Positions 11,601-24,328 of a stretch of 64,000 nucleotides of DNA are shown piece by piece. The position numbers and the translations under genes were made by a program. The notes beneath the pieces were generated by a model. It searched no databases, was not told the origin of the DNA, and saw only the letters and a program-made list of their open reading frames with translations. Location of the stretch: the NCBI GenBank assembly GCA_002633005.1, contig NMRA01000072.1, forward strand, positions 454,952 through 518,951, read 5' to 3'. Each line of letters begins with the position of its first letter. Position 1 is the stretch's first letter. The stretch is from Phoronis australis. Taxonomy: Eukaryota; Animalia; Phoronida.

Positions 11601-14600
11601 GAAATATGGCTGCCAACGGAACTCAACATAATTTACTGTAACAAATTGCAGTTCAAAAAAGAATAGAAAGTTGATCTTTTTTACAACACAACAGTTTATA
11701 TCAAGCTCATTTGATACAATAGTCAATATTCGTTGTTTTCTATACAAAGTTTCCATGTATATAAAAGCAGAGCTTAAGAAACGTTTTTTTGCCACCAAAT
11801 CAGACCTTCTTCTTTTCTAACGGAATTTTAAGGAACTGAAATTGTTTTTCAATAGCTTAAAACCACACAGGCGTATACATTGAAGGTTAAATTTCTTCCA
11901 CTGTGACCATTCACCACTAACTTTACTGCACGCCATATTCAAACGATCAATCAGCGAATTTTGATTCTTTTTATACAAACTAAAGGTTCTTGCCATTTTT
12001 TTAAACCCATTTCCAAGTAACACACTTTTTAATCAATCGTATCAATCTTACTTTGGAAGCCAGAACGATTGAACATTTTCATGGCATCCTGCTTTCACCG
12101 CACTAAAACTGAGAGTGAAGTTTGGCCAATAGTCACCAGAGCAAAAGTATGTACGTTACTGTCAAACGCACGCGCTATGATAGTTTTGTGACATGTAAGC
12201 TCTGTTTATTGTAACCTAAATATAGATCACCATACCGTGAGACTGTAATCGTAGTGTCGCAGAGTACTGATTCTTATTTCGAAGTGTGCAAACTCAATGA
12301 TTTAAGACGTATTTTGAATACATTGACCAGGAGATGTGATGGAGACAGTTGCCAAGATATCAGTGATCATCCAAATAACTTCAGAGTTTGCAAGATAGTC
12401 TAAATATTTTAATTTACCTCAAAATTATTAAAAAGCGCCAAATATGTTGCAAAAGCTATATACTATAATGTAGTTATGTACACGATAACATCACATGGAA
12501 ATAGACGAACTTCTTATCGAATGAGCATGGTTACAGTGTTGAAAGTATAAAGTAACCCACCATAACCTGGCATAAAAAAGGATTTTCTACATTTTAGGCA
12601 TATTTGCTTTTCAAAAACATACGTAAGTCCTAATCCTTAGCTTCAATTCAACTTGATGACAATAAAACATCTGGAATTCTCCAGACGTCTACCATGTTGA
12701 GCAACTTAACTCAGCCAGGCCTGACGCAGGAACAAACTGATCTTCCTCTCAAGCCTATAGACATCATTTCTAATAGTGTTTGCATCGGATGACTTGCTCC
12801 CAGTTTTGAGAAAAAAATTAAACCGTTTTTATCAAGCCAAATAAAAAGATTCCAAAGAGATTCCGTGAGAGTAAAATATGCCAAATTGACCAAGAACGCC
12901 ATCAAAAAATGCAATATTCTCTTTTCGTGTTTTGGATAAAACACCATTTTGGTTTTTCAATATGGCAAATTTGAGTTCCCAGTTACACACGATGACAGCG
13001 GGCATGAACGAATTCACTTCACTGAGAGCCTACACGGAAAGCCACCTATAGCTTGACTTATTCTAGTTCAAAATATGCAATTTCAGTATAACCTAATTAG
13101 GGCTGCATGAGACGTAATAACAAAATCTTAAAAAAACTGACATTTAATTTTGTGAACAGCTTTAAATTGCTGGCTTAAAAAGGTTACTAAACTTGGATTT
13201 GGTCTACTAAGAGATTTTAAATATGACTTGTTTATAATTAACATGACATAATACTCTGTTAATGTCAATCTTTCTAAGATTGAGCAAGTTTGAAAATACC
13301 TTACTAAGTCCGCTAGATCAGCAAGTGTGACTACCACTTTAGGCGAGTAACACGACTTCAAAACATGAAATCCAATTTATGATACAGTGGAAAGTGCTTT
13401 GGTTGAATGATGCTTTTATCGCTCAGGGGACATACCAACCGAGCATCAGCAGGCGAAAGAACCAGCTTTTGGTGAATATAACAAAACAGGGTTTAGTATC
13501 CTATTAAGAATACGAAATAACATACAGCTAAACTTCTGGTCAACCCAACCACTCCGTGTTTACTAGCAGCATAGGCAGGCGCAAAGAAGACAGGCATTAA
13601 ACCTGAAATCAAAAGACACGTTTAACAGTAAACACATCGACAAGTCTAGAACAAAGATAGCTAAAAGAACTTCTGCATTTTAATGGATTTAAACTAAATT
13701 ATTACACAACACTTAATTAATGAAAACGTGAAAACTGTTTCATCCTACAAACCTTATGGCAGTTTTAATGTCTATAAACTATAAACAAATATCAATAAGC
13801 ATCACAATAGTGTTAGTATGTGTATTCATTAAAATCTACAGTTTAGTCAGAAACAGTATAAGTGTTCTTGATAAACAGAGTCTTGATGACAGCAGTTACA
13901 TCTCTATTAAGAATGAAAGTACAAGGTGCCAGAAAACAGGCAGTATTTCTACTTAAAACAGAAGTTTCTACATACAAAAAGTATTGCATACGCTACTACT
14001 GAGGAAGGAATTTTGTTGATCAAACCAAAAGTTTAAATATTTAAGAGTGACTCCATATAAAAACCAACAGGTAGAGTCTATACCCAAAATCACCGATTTT
14101 TTTGAAACTTAGCACATAAGTTTGATTTGTTGAGAAGTAGAAAAACCTCAATTTTTAAGAATTTTCATTCATTATTTTTCTTTTTATGACCTGTACCTCC
14201 ATTTTGCAACAACATTGGGCGTCGAAGTAGGCATGTTTGAATGCATTTTACTAGCATGTATGATACGGTCAAAACAAATGAATAATACGAATTGAAAGGG
14301 CAATGGCTGAATAATGTAATGGCATAACTTTCAAAATCCATTTTTAAATTTATACGTTTTGAATTTGTGAGGCAAAAACGGTTATTTTTCAGGTTTTCAC
14401 TGAAGCCATTTTCGGCCACATTTGACACTCTGTAGCAGCCATAACGCACCTTTCCTGAAATTGACTTTATAATAATTTGTTAGGTCATTCCTAACCTGTT
14501 TATAATCTAAAATAAAAAATCTTGCCTCTAATGTAGTTTTTGCGTACGAAGCATTATACGAACTGCACTTCGTCCTTTTGCATGTTCTCAGTTGCCTCTG

Positions 14601-17600
14601 CTGCCGATAGGGGGCTCTTGGAACATATAATAAGCTTGCGAAACACGAAATAAAAACTTTGTATTTTGGAGAAAAGGCAGACAGCATTATTAATTACCAT
14701 TCTATGAAAACGACATTGATGATTAATACTTATTACAAAAATGTGTACGTAAATCAACTGGCATGCGTGCTTCTAAATGATAGATGGCGCTGCTTTTGTT
14801 TACGTGGAGACTGAAGACGCATCTAGAATAAGAGCAGTAACACGAGGACCTTGCTATAATTCAAGACTTCGCGAGATGTTGCCGTGTATTTTAAATGAGA
14901 ACACGTGGTTTTGGATAAATTTTAGAGAGGTTCTAGTGTTACTGAACTCACCCCTGCCTTGTTTTCTATCTGCCTTGTTCGTGCCACAGGCAAAGGAAGC
15001 CCCCCAAGGTGGATATGCCCCGGCCCCTAGTGTTCAGTGCAAAAAATCCTTCAACTTGTCAATAGTCATTGTAACTTTGGGTTCATATTGTAATGTCCCT
15101 GCTGGTTGCTACAAATTTTAGTCGCCACCAGTCGACAGAAATCTGGTGTTCCCCCCACACACACCGGGCACCCTAACGCTGAATATTTCTGCCAGTGTGA
15201 TCATCAGTGGTATAAAAAGGTACACATTCACAGTTAATAGAAAATAATTCGCGAAAGACAATTCTATTAATGACTACTTCATGACAGACATGAAGTAAAC
15301 AGAAGTAACGGTCTCGACTTCATATATCACACATCTTTGACTGGTATGCTACAAAACTAGGCTAAACGTTGAGCTCATTTATCACTTCATTCAGTAAACA
15401 TAACAGCATCTTCAGCAGAAATAGCATCGTCATAAACATTGCTGCAGACAACCTCGAAAAAATCCACCAATCTGCGATTCACTTAACATCACAGGTAAAT
15501 TTACACTTTCACAGTGGGTTCTCGGCGTAATGTTTTCTCCCGGCATTTTGGCACTTCCGAGGGTGAAAGTTTTTACCTGGCTTTCTCCTTCATCGAATAT
15601 GTTCGTCAGAAAGTTCTTAACCTTTGATGAAAATCTTGTTGACCTTTTACCTTTTTTCAATGCCTAACCTATTGCTTCAGCATTCGTCTCATCCACATTG
15701 TACTCTGAGGCTGCCTCAAATGACGCTCCGGGTTCTTGCATCTAAAAGCATTTCTGACGACTGTCGTGCGATGTGGTCATACGTGTTCAGTGTGGTTACC
15801 CACATCCAAATGCCGACCTAGTTCTGCGTCTGTAGCAAAAAATTTCGAGTAACCTTGCTGGGTACAAGGGAACTTTTGTTGAGGCTCTTCACTAGATACA
15901 ATTCCAACCTTAAGTCTTGGTGTTGAAAATCCGCCATGTCTAGAGATGTTAGTGTAATTTAGAGAAATAGGTTTCCCATTTTCTCAGTATTTGTAAGAAC
16001 TTACCGTCATCTACATGGAATGATTTCCACACGTGAATTCCTTGGATGGAATAGTGGGAATTTGGGAATGTCCTTATACCAGGAACTGAGTATTTTGGAA
16101 AAGACTTTGTTGCATTGACTGAAAATGCATACACATAACATCCCTTCACACGGCCACTGGAAAGTAGTGCTTCTTTCAAATCCAGAAAGTTTATGATATT
16201 ATTACTTTCGGCTACAAAGTACTTTGCATGTTGTTTGAGTGGAGCGATCTTGCGATCACAGAGATCCTTTCCATTCTGACTTTCACTAAAGTCATATCTC
16301 GAAACAGAAATGCCGGTAGAATTTGACAAGGGTGCTACGTTCAGGAGGAGAGGAGCAGAGTGGTAACATCCAGCATTACCTGACTCTTCCATGACTGGTC
16401 CTGTTCAGTCAGAAATTCACCGACTCTGGGTAGTACGAGTCCGTACTCTGGAACAGGCCTTGCTTTGTGAAGTAGTTTCTTGTATCTCAAATGTTCAGTG
16501 GTGTCTTTGACATGACTCACTAAAGCACACAGCTTTTGTGATTTTTTGAAGAATAAACTCTAAAGGAACATGAAGGCCCATCGACATCGTCCGCCATTTT
16601 GTCTTTTTAAAATGCACTTGCTTCTCTCAAAACCAGACATTACAAATATCAATTCTTACTCGTTTAATCTTAAAGGCATTTATTTCCATTCAAAAGTTGT
16701 ACAGAGTGTTTAAATTAACCTGATTATGTAAAAGAAATGAAAGAATACGAGAGGATTACACGTACATTTTTTATAAATCCTCAAGCTTTAAACCTCAACT
16801 GACTTCCTCAGTGGGCAAAGGTCATCGGGTTCAGTTTTGATACTAGCCGCGTAATAAACCCAGAAAACATCTTGTTTTCATTTGAAAGACTTTAGACTTG
16901 GTTTCTATAACTATTTAAAGCAGACTTCTTGCCTAAAAGTTTGTTCAAATGGTTTGTAAACTCTGCTCGTCATTTCCAAACTATGAAAATAGACAGTTTT
17001 GCAAGACAATTTTCACTAAAGTGCAAAGTTGAGGCAAGATTTTTTATTGCTCAGTCATCAAGACTAACTCTTTAACTGTATGTTCAAAACGTCACATAAG
17101 GCTACAAGGTGTTTTATGGCAGTAAGAAGGTCACAAAAATGGCCACTAAAATTAGCCCCAAAAAGTGGTCTGTGGATTATCTCCCCTGTCTAGCATAAAA
17201 CTGTTAGATTTTAATAAATGGCACAGAATTATGCACAGTATACGTTGGTTATTTCAGCCACCAAAATATAGCTTTTGATCTATTTTGTATGTTACTCATT
17301 TTTGTTGCTGAAAACATGCGATTTTTGAGACGGCTAATATGCCCAATTGTGCCAATTTGTGTTATCATGCTCCAGCGGCGAAATTAGGGGTCATTGAGTG
17401 CGCAAAATTTGGCATTTGGGTTTTTGTTAGGATACCTACCCATGTACAAAAAATGAAGTTGTTTTAAATTTTGACGTATAGACTGATTTTTGAAAATCTA
17501 CTGGTTTTTATATGGACTGCCTCTTAATTATTACCATTGCACAGGATTTCTCAACTCACCGGCCATTGACGAGACATTGATGACCACTCCCCCATGGTTT

Positions 17601-20600
17601 CCTTGGTCTTTACGAAGATGTTTCAAAGCCAAGAGTGAGCCTCGAATAACACTTGTCTATGGAATGAAAGAGATGGGCTTTTACTCAATAATACAGTCTC
17701 TAACAAGTGTCTGGTATCATTACACAATACTTTCAATGACTTAGTATACAGGTAAACATTACGTGTTGCTGTGTATACACATAAAAAGAAGAGGTCTGTT
17801 TTAGTTTTGTGTTCCTGAAACAGTGAACTCATAGATTGCATGCACAATGAACTTGATATATTGATAAAAAAATTGATTTCATCAGGACTGCAGAAAGCTT
17901 GTGCCCCTAATTTTAGCAGCAGCAAAACATTGGTTGCAACTGGCAAATTAAGCCTGGGAGTCTGGAGGGAGGAAATTTGTGTTTGTTAATTTTAAATGTA
18001 ATTGGATAAAATTTGTCAAATCTATCAAATTCACTTGATCCCTAAGTTCAGACATGCATATGGTACGGGATGCAATGACCAAGGGGGGAGGGGGGGGGCA
18101 AAACTAGGTAGAAGTGGTGGCAACTGGCAATTGATCAAATCAAGAGTTAAACATATTTGTCTGTACCCCCCCCCCCCCCCNCACCTTCTTGCGGGCAACT
18201 TCATGATTTGTCTTATTGATCTTAATTTGACAAAATCTAATTCTTCGTAACTCCAAACAAGGGCTTAATTATGGGTGGGTACACTTGGTCAGTGATACAC
18301 ACTTATTGAAATTATAAAAACAAGAGGCAGCAAAAGAGACTTGACATTTTTGAAAAAATGGATAGTAGCAAAATTCAAAATCAATGCAAGGAAAATGCTT
18401 GCCATTTAATTTTTATTTTCTCATGTCTGAAATTGCCCATTGCTTTTTTGCTATTAGAAATCAATTTCAATAATCAGCAACTAACAAGCATAGTTTTTAT
18501 CAATATTTGTCATGATTGAAAAAATTGATTTTCAATATCTGCTTCAGTCACTCTTGAAAAAATCAAACATATTCTCTTTACACACAAGTGGCACTACTGA
18601 TTTAAGAATACTAGGAATAATCTCTACCTATTCATAATGTCATATTGAATAGAAGGATCTTTTGTAGTGGTGTGCCAATGGCAATACACAATATTGATAA
18701 AGTTTTATAGACTGCATCATCACGTCAAAACAGTGAACTTCTAAGTAAAACAAAATTATAAAAATGGCTTCCTAAGTCAAGAATAACACCAAAGTATGTG
18801 AGTTCCATTTCAACCACAAAAAACAATTAAGAAGTGCTACATTGCATATTTCACAACTTGATTTTTGTGAGGATAAAAAAATATATTAAAACAGTAGACA
18901 CTTGCCATTGTGTGAAATGGAATGTCCCAAGGTAATAGTCAAATTACATAAACAGTGTTCAGTACAATTTTAAGCTTGAAAGTTTTGGTCCATGAGAAGG
19001 GCTTATTATTTTAAGGAAAATCAAATTGGCAACAGTAAATAAAGTTCCGTTGGTTTCTTTCATAAACAGAAAATGTTGTTAAAACAAGTATAGCTTTTTA
19101 TTAGACCACGTACAACATCAAAAATGGTTTGCATAAAACACCAGCGCCAGGTTGCAAAAAATAAACACTGCATAAGAATAACAACACAATGCCATCATCA
19201 CCATTGTTGAATAAAACTTTGACTACGTAATACAAAAATCGAGGATATCCAACAGAAGAGTTCTAAAGTTTTATGCAACTGAACTCAGAAGGGCAAACAA
19301 GCATCTTCAACTTATTATGCCAATTTACACAGCACAAATAATACAACAAGCAATACCAGGTTAATGTTGACCATCTTTTCCCAATTGCTCTCAGTCAACA
19401 GACCAGCGTTATTGGCCACAATATCTAGTCGACCAAACACTTTTTTAGCCTGTAAAAAGGCATCTGAAACATAAAGAGCATTAAGTGTAATGGACATACA
19501 CACATACAAGCTTTACTATCTATTGTTCATACAATGCAACCGCCTATACTTTGACAGCAAACTCAAGACTCATCCACAGGAATTCGTAGCCAGATGCATG
19601 AAACAGACCCAAATGGGGACTCATCTAAGTTACTTAAATCTATTGCATCTCGTTGAGGACTTGTGAAAACACTGATAGTCCTGTCTCAGTATGCTGTTTT
19701 AATTTCATTACTAAACCCAATGTCTAGCTTTGATACAAATAGTTGAGTTCTCAATATCATTGAAAATAAGCAGGGAACTGTTCAGTTTTGCCCCTATTTA
19801 TGACTATATGACCATTGAACTAAGGGCTCAGATTATTTATGGAATGAGAACATGAAAGTGCTCAAAGGAGCGATACTGGGCGAAATTGATTGAAAAGAAT
19901 ATTGGAGATGATGACGATAATGATGGTGGTGATGATGAACACAATGATAACAATCATATGACGAATAAAGATGTCAGAAAAGAGTAAGAAACAATCTTGT
20001 TCAACAGGAAATAAACCAACAAAAGTGCAGCAAAAGTCAGTAAATAAAGGAGTGTGATCAGAAAATCCCAAATAATTCGAAAAGGGACGGAAACATCTTC
20101 TGAAAGCCCATTTAAAACTCTATCTAACAAAGAAGTTTCACAAAATTCTTTAACATTTTCGAAAAAATTCAAATATAGCATTTTTTATATTGAAAGTCAA
20201 GTAACTTAAAAACGATAACTGTGAGAAAAAAATTGCTGAGTTCATTTGAAAGTTAGGGTATACCTTAAAAAATCCACACTGAAAAATTCACGTCATTTGC
20301 ACTTCCCTTTCAAAATAGAATCTCACCACAATTGAAAAGTGATGAAAATGTATCAGTTCCACCATTTTGAAGACAACTTCTGGTTAAGCTGCACTTGATA
20401 ATAAGCTAATCACAGGAAATTAACACATGAAAACTTTCGCAGCAATTGATGCAACAATGCGCCCTCTACAGGACAAAACGTTAAAAGTCCTGAAATCGAG
20501 GTGATTTACGGCAATGCAAATTCGAAAATAAAATGGCCACCACATTCGCCATCTGTTCTGTTTACAGCAATCCTAATTTTGGGCAAAAGGCACATTCTAT

Positions 20601-23600
20601 ACTAAGCCAGTAACTGTAGTAAACACATTACATGGACCATCCTACCCTGCTGTAATTAAATCCAAAACTTTTTAACATGAAACCTTGATCTGTATTGTAG
20701 ACAAGAATGGACAGACCTGAGATTATAAAAATTAGAATCATGGCTTACTTTCAAAGTCCTCCTGTAAACTAACATCACACCTGTTGAAAACTGCTGTGCT
20801 TTCACCATAAGTGGAGTTGATTTCATGGGCTACCTTGTTGCCCTGTTCTGCATTGATGTCAGCCAATAATACCTGCAAGAGGTTAATTTCGCAGTTATGA
20901 AAATTACTCAACTGGATGCCGACCCAAACTTCACAGTTTTGTTATTTAATTAATTGCAAAATCACGCACATACCCAATGTGGATACCAACCCAAATTTCG
21001 CAGTTACGGCAAGTCACTCACTTTACTGCAAAATTGGGCACACACTCATTCTAATGGATTTTTCTAGTCTTTCGTCCTTACCATCATTAATCGGCCATTT
21101 ATTAAACCCATGTATTTATTTGTACATTAATTTATTCATCCAATGTTATCATTCATGTTATGTCCATCCTTTCATCTTATTACTTGGCAGAATTCTTCCG
21201 CCAAGTATGTTGGTCTAACAGCGAGTTTGTTTTTTTTTGTTTGTTTGCTCTCTACAGGTCGCAATTTTCGTCCGATTTTCACGAAATTTGCACAAGACGT
21301 GTAGATCGGGAAGTACTGGAACGCTATTGTTTTTGTCATGATTGGATTAAAAATGGCGGACGTGGCAGCCATTTTGTTTCCGATTTCACAGTCAAATGCT
21401 TGCAGAGGCCACATTTTTCGATGTACAGGGCTGAAACGTGGTACGATTATTATAGAACACATGTGCTACAACTGTGCCGAAAAATGTTGACTTCCGGTTA
21501 AAGATGGATAAAATATTGACGATGGCGCATGCGCACCTCGATATCTGGCCAAAAAACTTTTCTCCTGTAGAGGGCGCATTGGCGAACCAATCACATTCAA
21601 ACTGGTCACGAGTTTCTTGCAATTGATAAGCTTTTATAAAATTTTGTTTAACTGGAAGTCACGTTCAAGATGGCGGCTCTGGCGCATTTTCACCCATTTT
21701 CAATTGTTCTGCAGTCGCCTTTTTAACGGGATGAGCAAATGACGTGAATTTTTGCATGTGGATTCCTTGAAGAATGCTCTTTCAAAAGTTCTGGGATAAC
21801 GGTTTTCTCAGACTTACCGTTTTCGAGTTATTTGACTTTGAATTTCAAAAAATGCAAAATTTCAATTTTTTCGAAAAAATTATGGAATGTTGCGAAACTA
21901 TCAATCCAGATAAAGTTTTGGACGGGCTTTCAGAAGATATTTTCCATTTTTCGCTACAACGTCTAACTTTTTGAATTATTTGAGATTTTCTGATAGCGCT
22001 GTTCCTTTGTTGACAGCTCTTGCTGCATTGATGTTGGTTTAGTTTATATTGAAATAGACTGTAGCCTATTTCTTATTGATTTATGACATCTAAGTTCGTC
22101 ATATGAATGTTGTGATGTTGTTCATCATCGCCACCACCATCATCATATTCAACATCAGGTGGCTGTCAGACAGATCAAATTTGCCAATAAAGTAGCTGGT
22201 AAGAGGCTTACCATTACCACATAGTTAGAATCTAGTGAGGACGTGCATTCTGAATCTGTAGTCAGACTTTTTCTAGCACTTGCAGGGAAGTGATTATTTC
22301 GGGGAGGAAATGTTAACCGATCAGAAATCTGTACAGTTCGATAGAGTTTTAAACGGGCTTTCATAAGATATTTTTCGTCTCTCGCTAGTCGTCATGATCG
22401 TCGTCGTCCTCCCCATCGTCCTGTTTTTGCGTAATTTTGCCATGTGTCGCTCCTCCGAGCCCTCTCGTTTAGTTCATTATTCAACTAGAGTAATACTGTT
22501 TATGTTTCGTATTTCTTGTCTCTGCGCTTTTTCAGTATCATGATTGTGCTTGTTCCCTTCGGTATTTTGGCCTTTCTAAAGGTTCTAAATCAAGGGCCCG
22601 GTCCAAGAGACAGACTTAAGTCTAACTTTTGTCTCGGTCAACTTCCAAACTTTGAAACTTCCACATCCGGTAAGAGGGTCAAAATTAAGACAAAACTGAA
22701 GCCACAAACTTAAAAGTCAAACTTTTAACTAATTTTTGTCTTAAAATCGACTGTAATTTAAGATTTATCTTAGCTACGTCAGTTTTCTTGTTTTGAATGA
22801 AACACCATGGACATAACTTTATGGTGTTATCCTATAACGTACATGTTGTTTTTAGTCTATTTTTACTATGTATTTAATTCTTAAATTTGTATCCCGTAAT
22901 TATTCTAATTTGGAATGTTAATACGTATGTTATCAGGAAGAGATCCTGGGGTTGTCTATACAATAAACAAAGAAAATTGTTAATTTTTTATAAATTTCGA
23001 CAAATAAACTTTCATGGTAAATGCGGTAAAACGACTCGAATATTAATGGTAAGAGTTTTATACGGTTTTAGGATGAGCATGCCCTGTCCCCGTTTCATGT
23101 AGACCACGTTTCTTGCGAGAGACCAAGACCACGCAAGACATTGCGAGGTATCACCATGTACTAGTATTTTCAAGGGGTGTACGTCGTGATCCTTGCTAGA
23201 GGTGACATTTCTGAGAAATTTGGTTCGACGTACAAAAAGCCTGCGTGCGATTTTGCAATTAAGTAAATGACATAACTGCAAAGTTTTGGTGGGTATCCTA
23301 AAAACTGCGAAGTTTGGGTGAGTATCCTAAAGTGTGTGTGTGTGTGCCATTGCGCAATTAAGTAAGTGACACAGCGAAATTTAGATCGGCATCCTATAAA
23401 TTAAAGAGTAGTATATAGGCCTATGTTAGTGACTTTTCTACCACGAAAGTTTATTGCAAAATGGACTGTTTCTCTATAGAAGGAGACAAAACTGCGAAGT
23501 TTGAAGTTATACACCCATGCCTACTGCCTGGTAAGTGGTAGTCAAGTTATATACTCCCGGGGGGTCACTCATATTGACACGGTGCCCACAGGCATGTTAG

Positions 23601-24328
23601 AAAAATTGCGGGTAGGCAGTACTTTTTCAGTCTTGCAAAAGGCGCACTGGCAATATCAGACCTGGCACCCGCAATTGGTGGTCTCTCAGCAATTCGCAGT
23701 ACCCGCCTGTGGGCACCTTGTCAATATGAGTGACCCCCCATATCGGCCATATAGATATATACTGGGGAGCCCAATGTTCGTCCGCCTAAGCATAAAACCG
23801 ACTTGCTGTTGTACTCACCGAATTATTCCACTTCAAAGTTATGATCTGAATAGGATTCGATTTAACTCTCACAGATATACCGCATTCATCGATTCGGAAG
23901 TTTTCTTTAATTTGTGCCGAGTTATTTCAAATGTGCACTGCCTTCGGCAGCCATTTTATTNCTGCGAAGTTTGAAGTTATACACCCATGCCTACTGCCTG
24001 GTAAGTGGTAGTCAAGTTATATACTCCCGGGGGGTCACTCATATTGACACGGTGCCCACAGGCATGTTAGAAAAATTGCGGGTAGGCAGTACTTTTTCAG
24101 TCTTGCAAAAGGCGCACTGGCAATATCAGACCTGGCACCCGCAATTGGTGGTCTCTCAGCAATTCGCAGTACCCGCCTGTGGGCACCTTGTCAATATGAG
24201 TGACCCCCCATATCGGCCATATAGATATACTGTACCTTAGCACCACGTTTTACTAGCGCCTCCGCAAAAGCTTTTCCGAAACCTCCAGCGCCTCCAGTTA
24301 TTAGAGCAACTTTTCCTTGGATTCTCAT
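5459..24328 (-). CDS. HPGD: 15-hydroxyprostaglandin dehydrogenase-like NAD-dependent SDR; exons 24328-24236, 20872-20749, 19463-19357, 17656-17560, 13602-13526, 11309-11167, then last exon 7789-7663 (255 aa) or 5621-5459 (267 aa)
   Basis: All exons GT-AG and in phase. Motifs: TGGAGGFG (Rossmann), LLAD (acidic residue favouring NAD), CDV, NNAG, NVSSMAG, YAASK, CPSFTDT. Exon sizes 93/124/107/97/77 equal the coding exon sizes I recall for human HPGD. Confidence 0.9.
7142..7245. repeat. 104-bp palindromic MITE-like element, copy 2 (loop inverted relative to copy 1)
   Basis: aatagttggatataacgtg...cattttgagaaccagttt / aaactggttctcaaaatg...cacgttataaccgactatt. Confidence 0.75.
7663..7789 (-). CDS. 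HPGD: HPGD-like proximal alternative last exon (7a)
   Basis: Acceptor tttctgtgatttcag|, phase 2; (R)PTTVAEGFTSLVEDDSRNGDVLSVLLKGLRTVKFPRFMSNL*; minus-strand AATAAA at 7012-7017. Confidence 0.8.
14045..17523 (-). mobile_element. Sola3-type DNA transposon, internally deleted and decayed, in HPGD intron 4
   Basis: TTAA on both sides (14041-14044, 17524-17527), GAG...CTC termini, TIR GAG(tgac/gcag)TCCATATAAAAACCA, transposase remnants inside. Confidence 0.8.
15430..16392 (-). pseudogene. Sola3 transposase C-terminal remnant
   Basis: SGNAGCYH...YDFSESQNGKDLCDRK (cf. SDNAGCYH...DFS.PQ.GK..CDR), C2H2-like FPCTQQGYSKFFATDAELGRHLDVGNH, and G*ALKKGKRSTRFSSKVKNFLTNIFDEGE...LSESQIGGFF; contains stops and frameshifts. 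Confidence 0.75.
19900..20555 (-). mobile_element. Interspersed repeat (Helentron/HINE-like), inverted homologue of ~21350-22155
   Basis: Reverse complement aligns to the downstream copy (gaattatttg.gattttctgat, gggctttcagaagat, cctgtagagggcgcattg, atggcg.a.gtgg..gccatttt). Confidence 0.6.
21177..22155 (+). mobile_element. Helentron-associated (HINE/DINE-1-like) non-autonomous element
   Basis: 5' hairpin tacttggc(agaattcttcc)gccaagta, (tttg)n microsatellite, ccgattttcacgaaatttg, repeated aaaatggcg / agagggcgc / acttccgg motifs. Confidence 0.5.
22594..22806. mobile_element. Harbinger-like MITE fragment, same family as 46667-47194
   Basis: gggcccggtccaagagacagacttaagtc end; gaaacttccacat...aaaattaagacaaaact...taagatttatcttagcta is the reverse complement of sequence at 46690-46840. 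Confidence 0.5.
23492..24229. repeat. 268-bp direct duplication (23492-23759 / 23962-24229) joined at N 23961; likely assembly overlap
   Basis: Copies appear identical and the second begins immediately after the single N. Confidence 0.8.
23559..23739. mobile_element. MITE with ~35-bp near-perfect TIRs (second, identical copy at 24029-24209)
   Basis: ggggggtcactcatattgacacggtgcccacaggc ... gcctgtgggcaccttgtcaatatgagtgacccccc. Confidence 0.75.

Noticed and set aside
23501-24240. Repeated ORFs 23501-23974 and 23914-24240 as duplicated genes
   Set aside because: They read through a MITE within the N-joined duplicate and have no protein features
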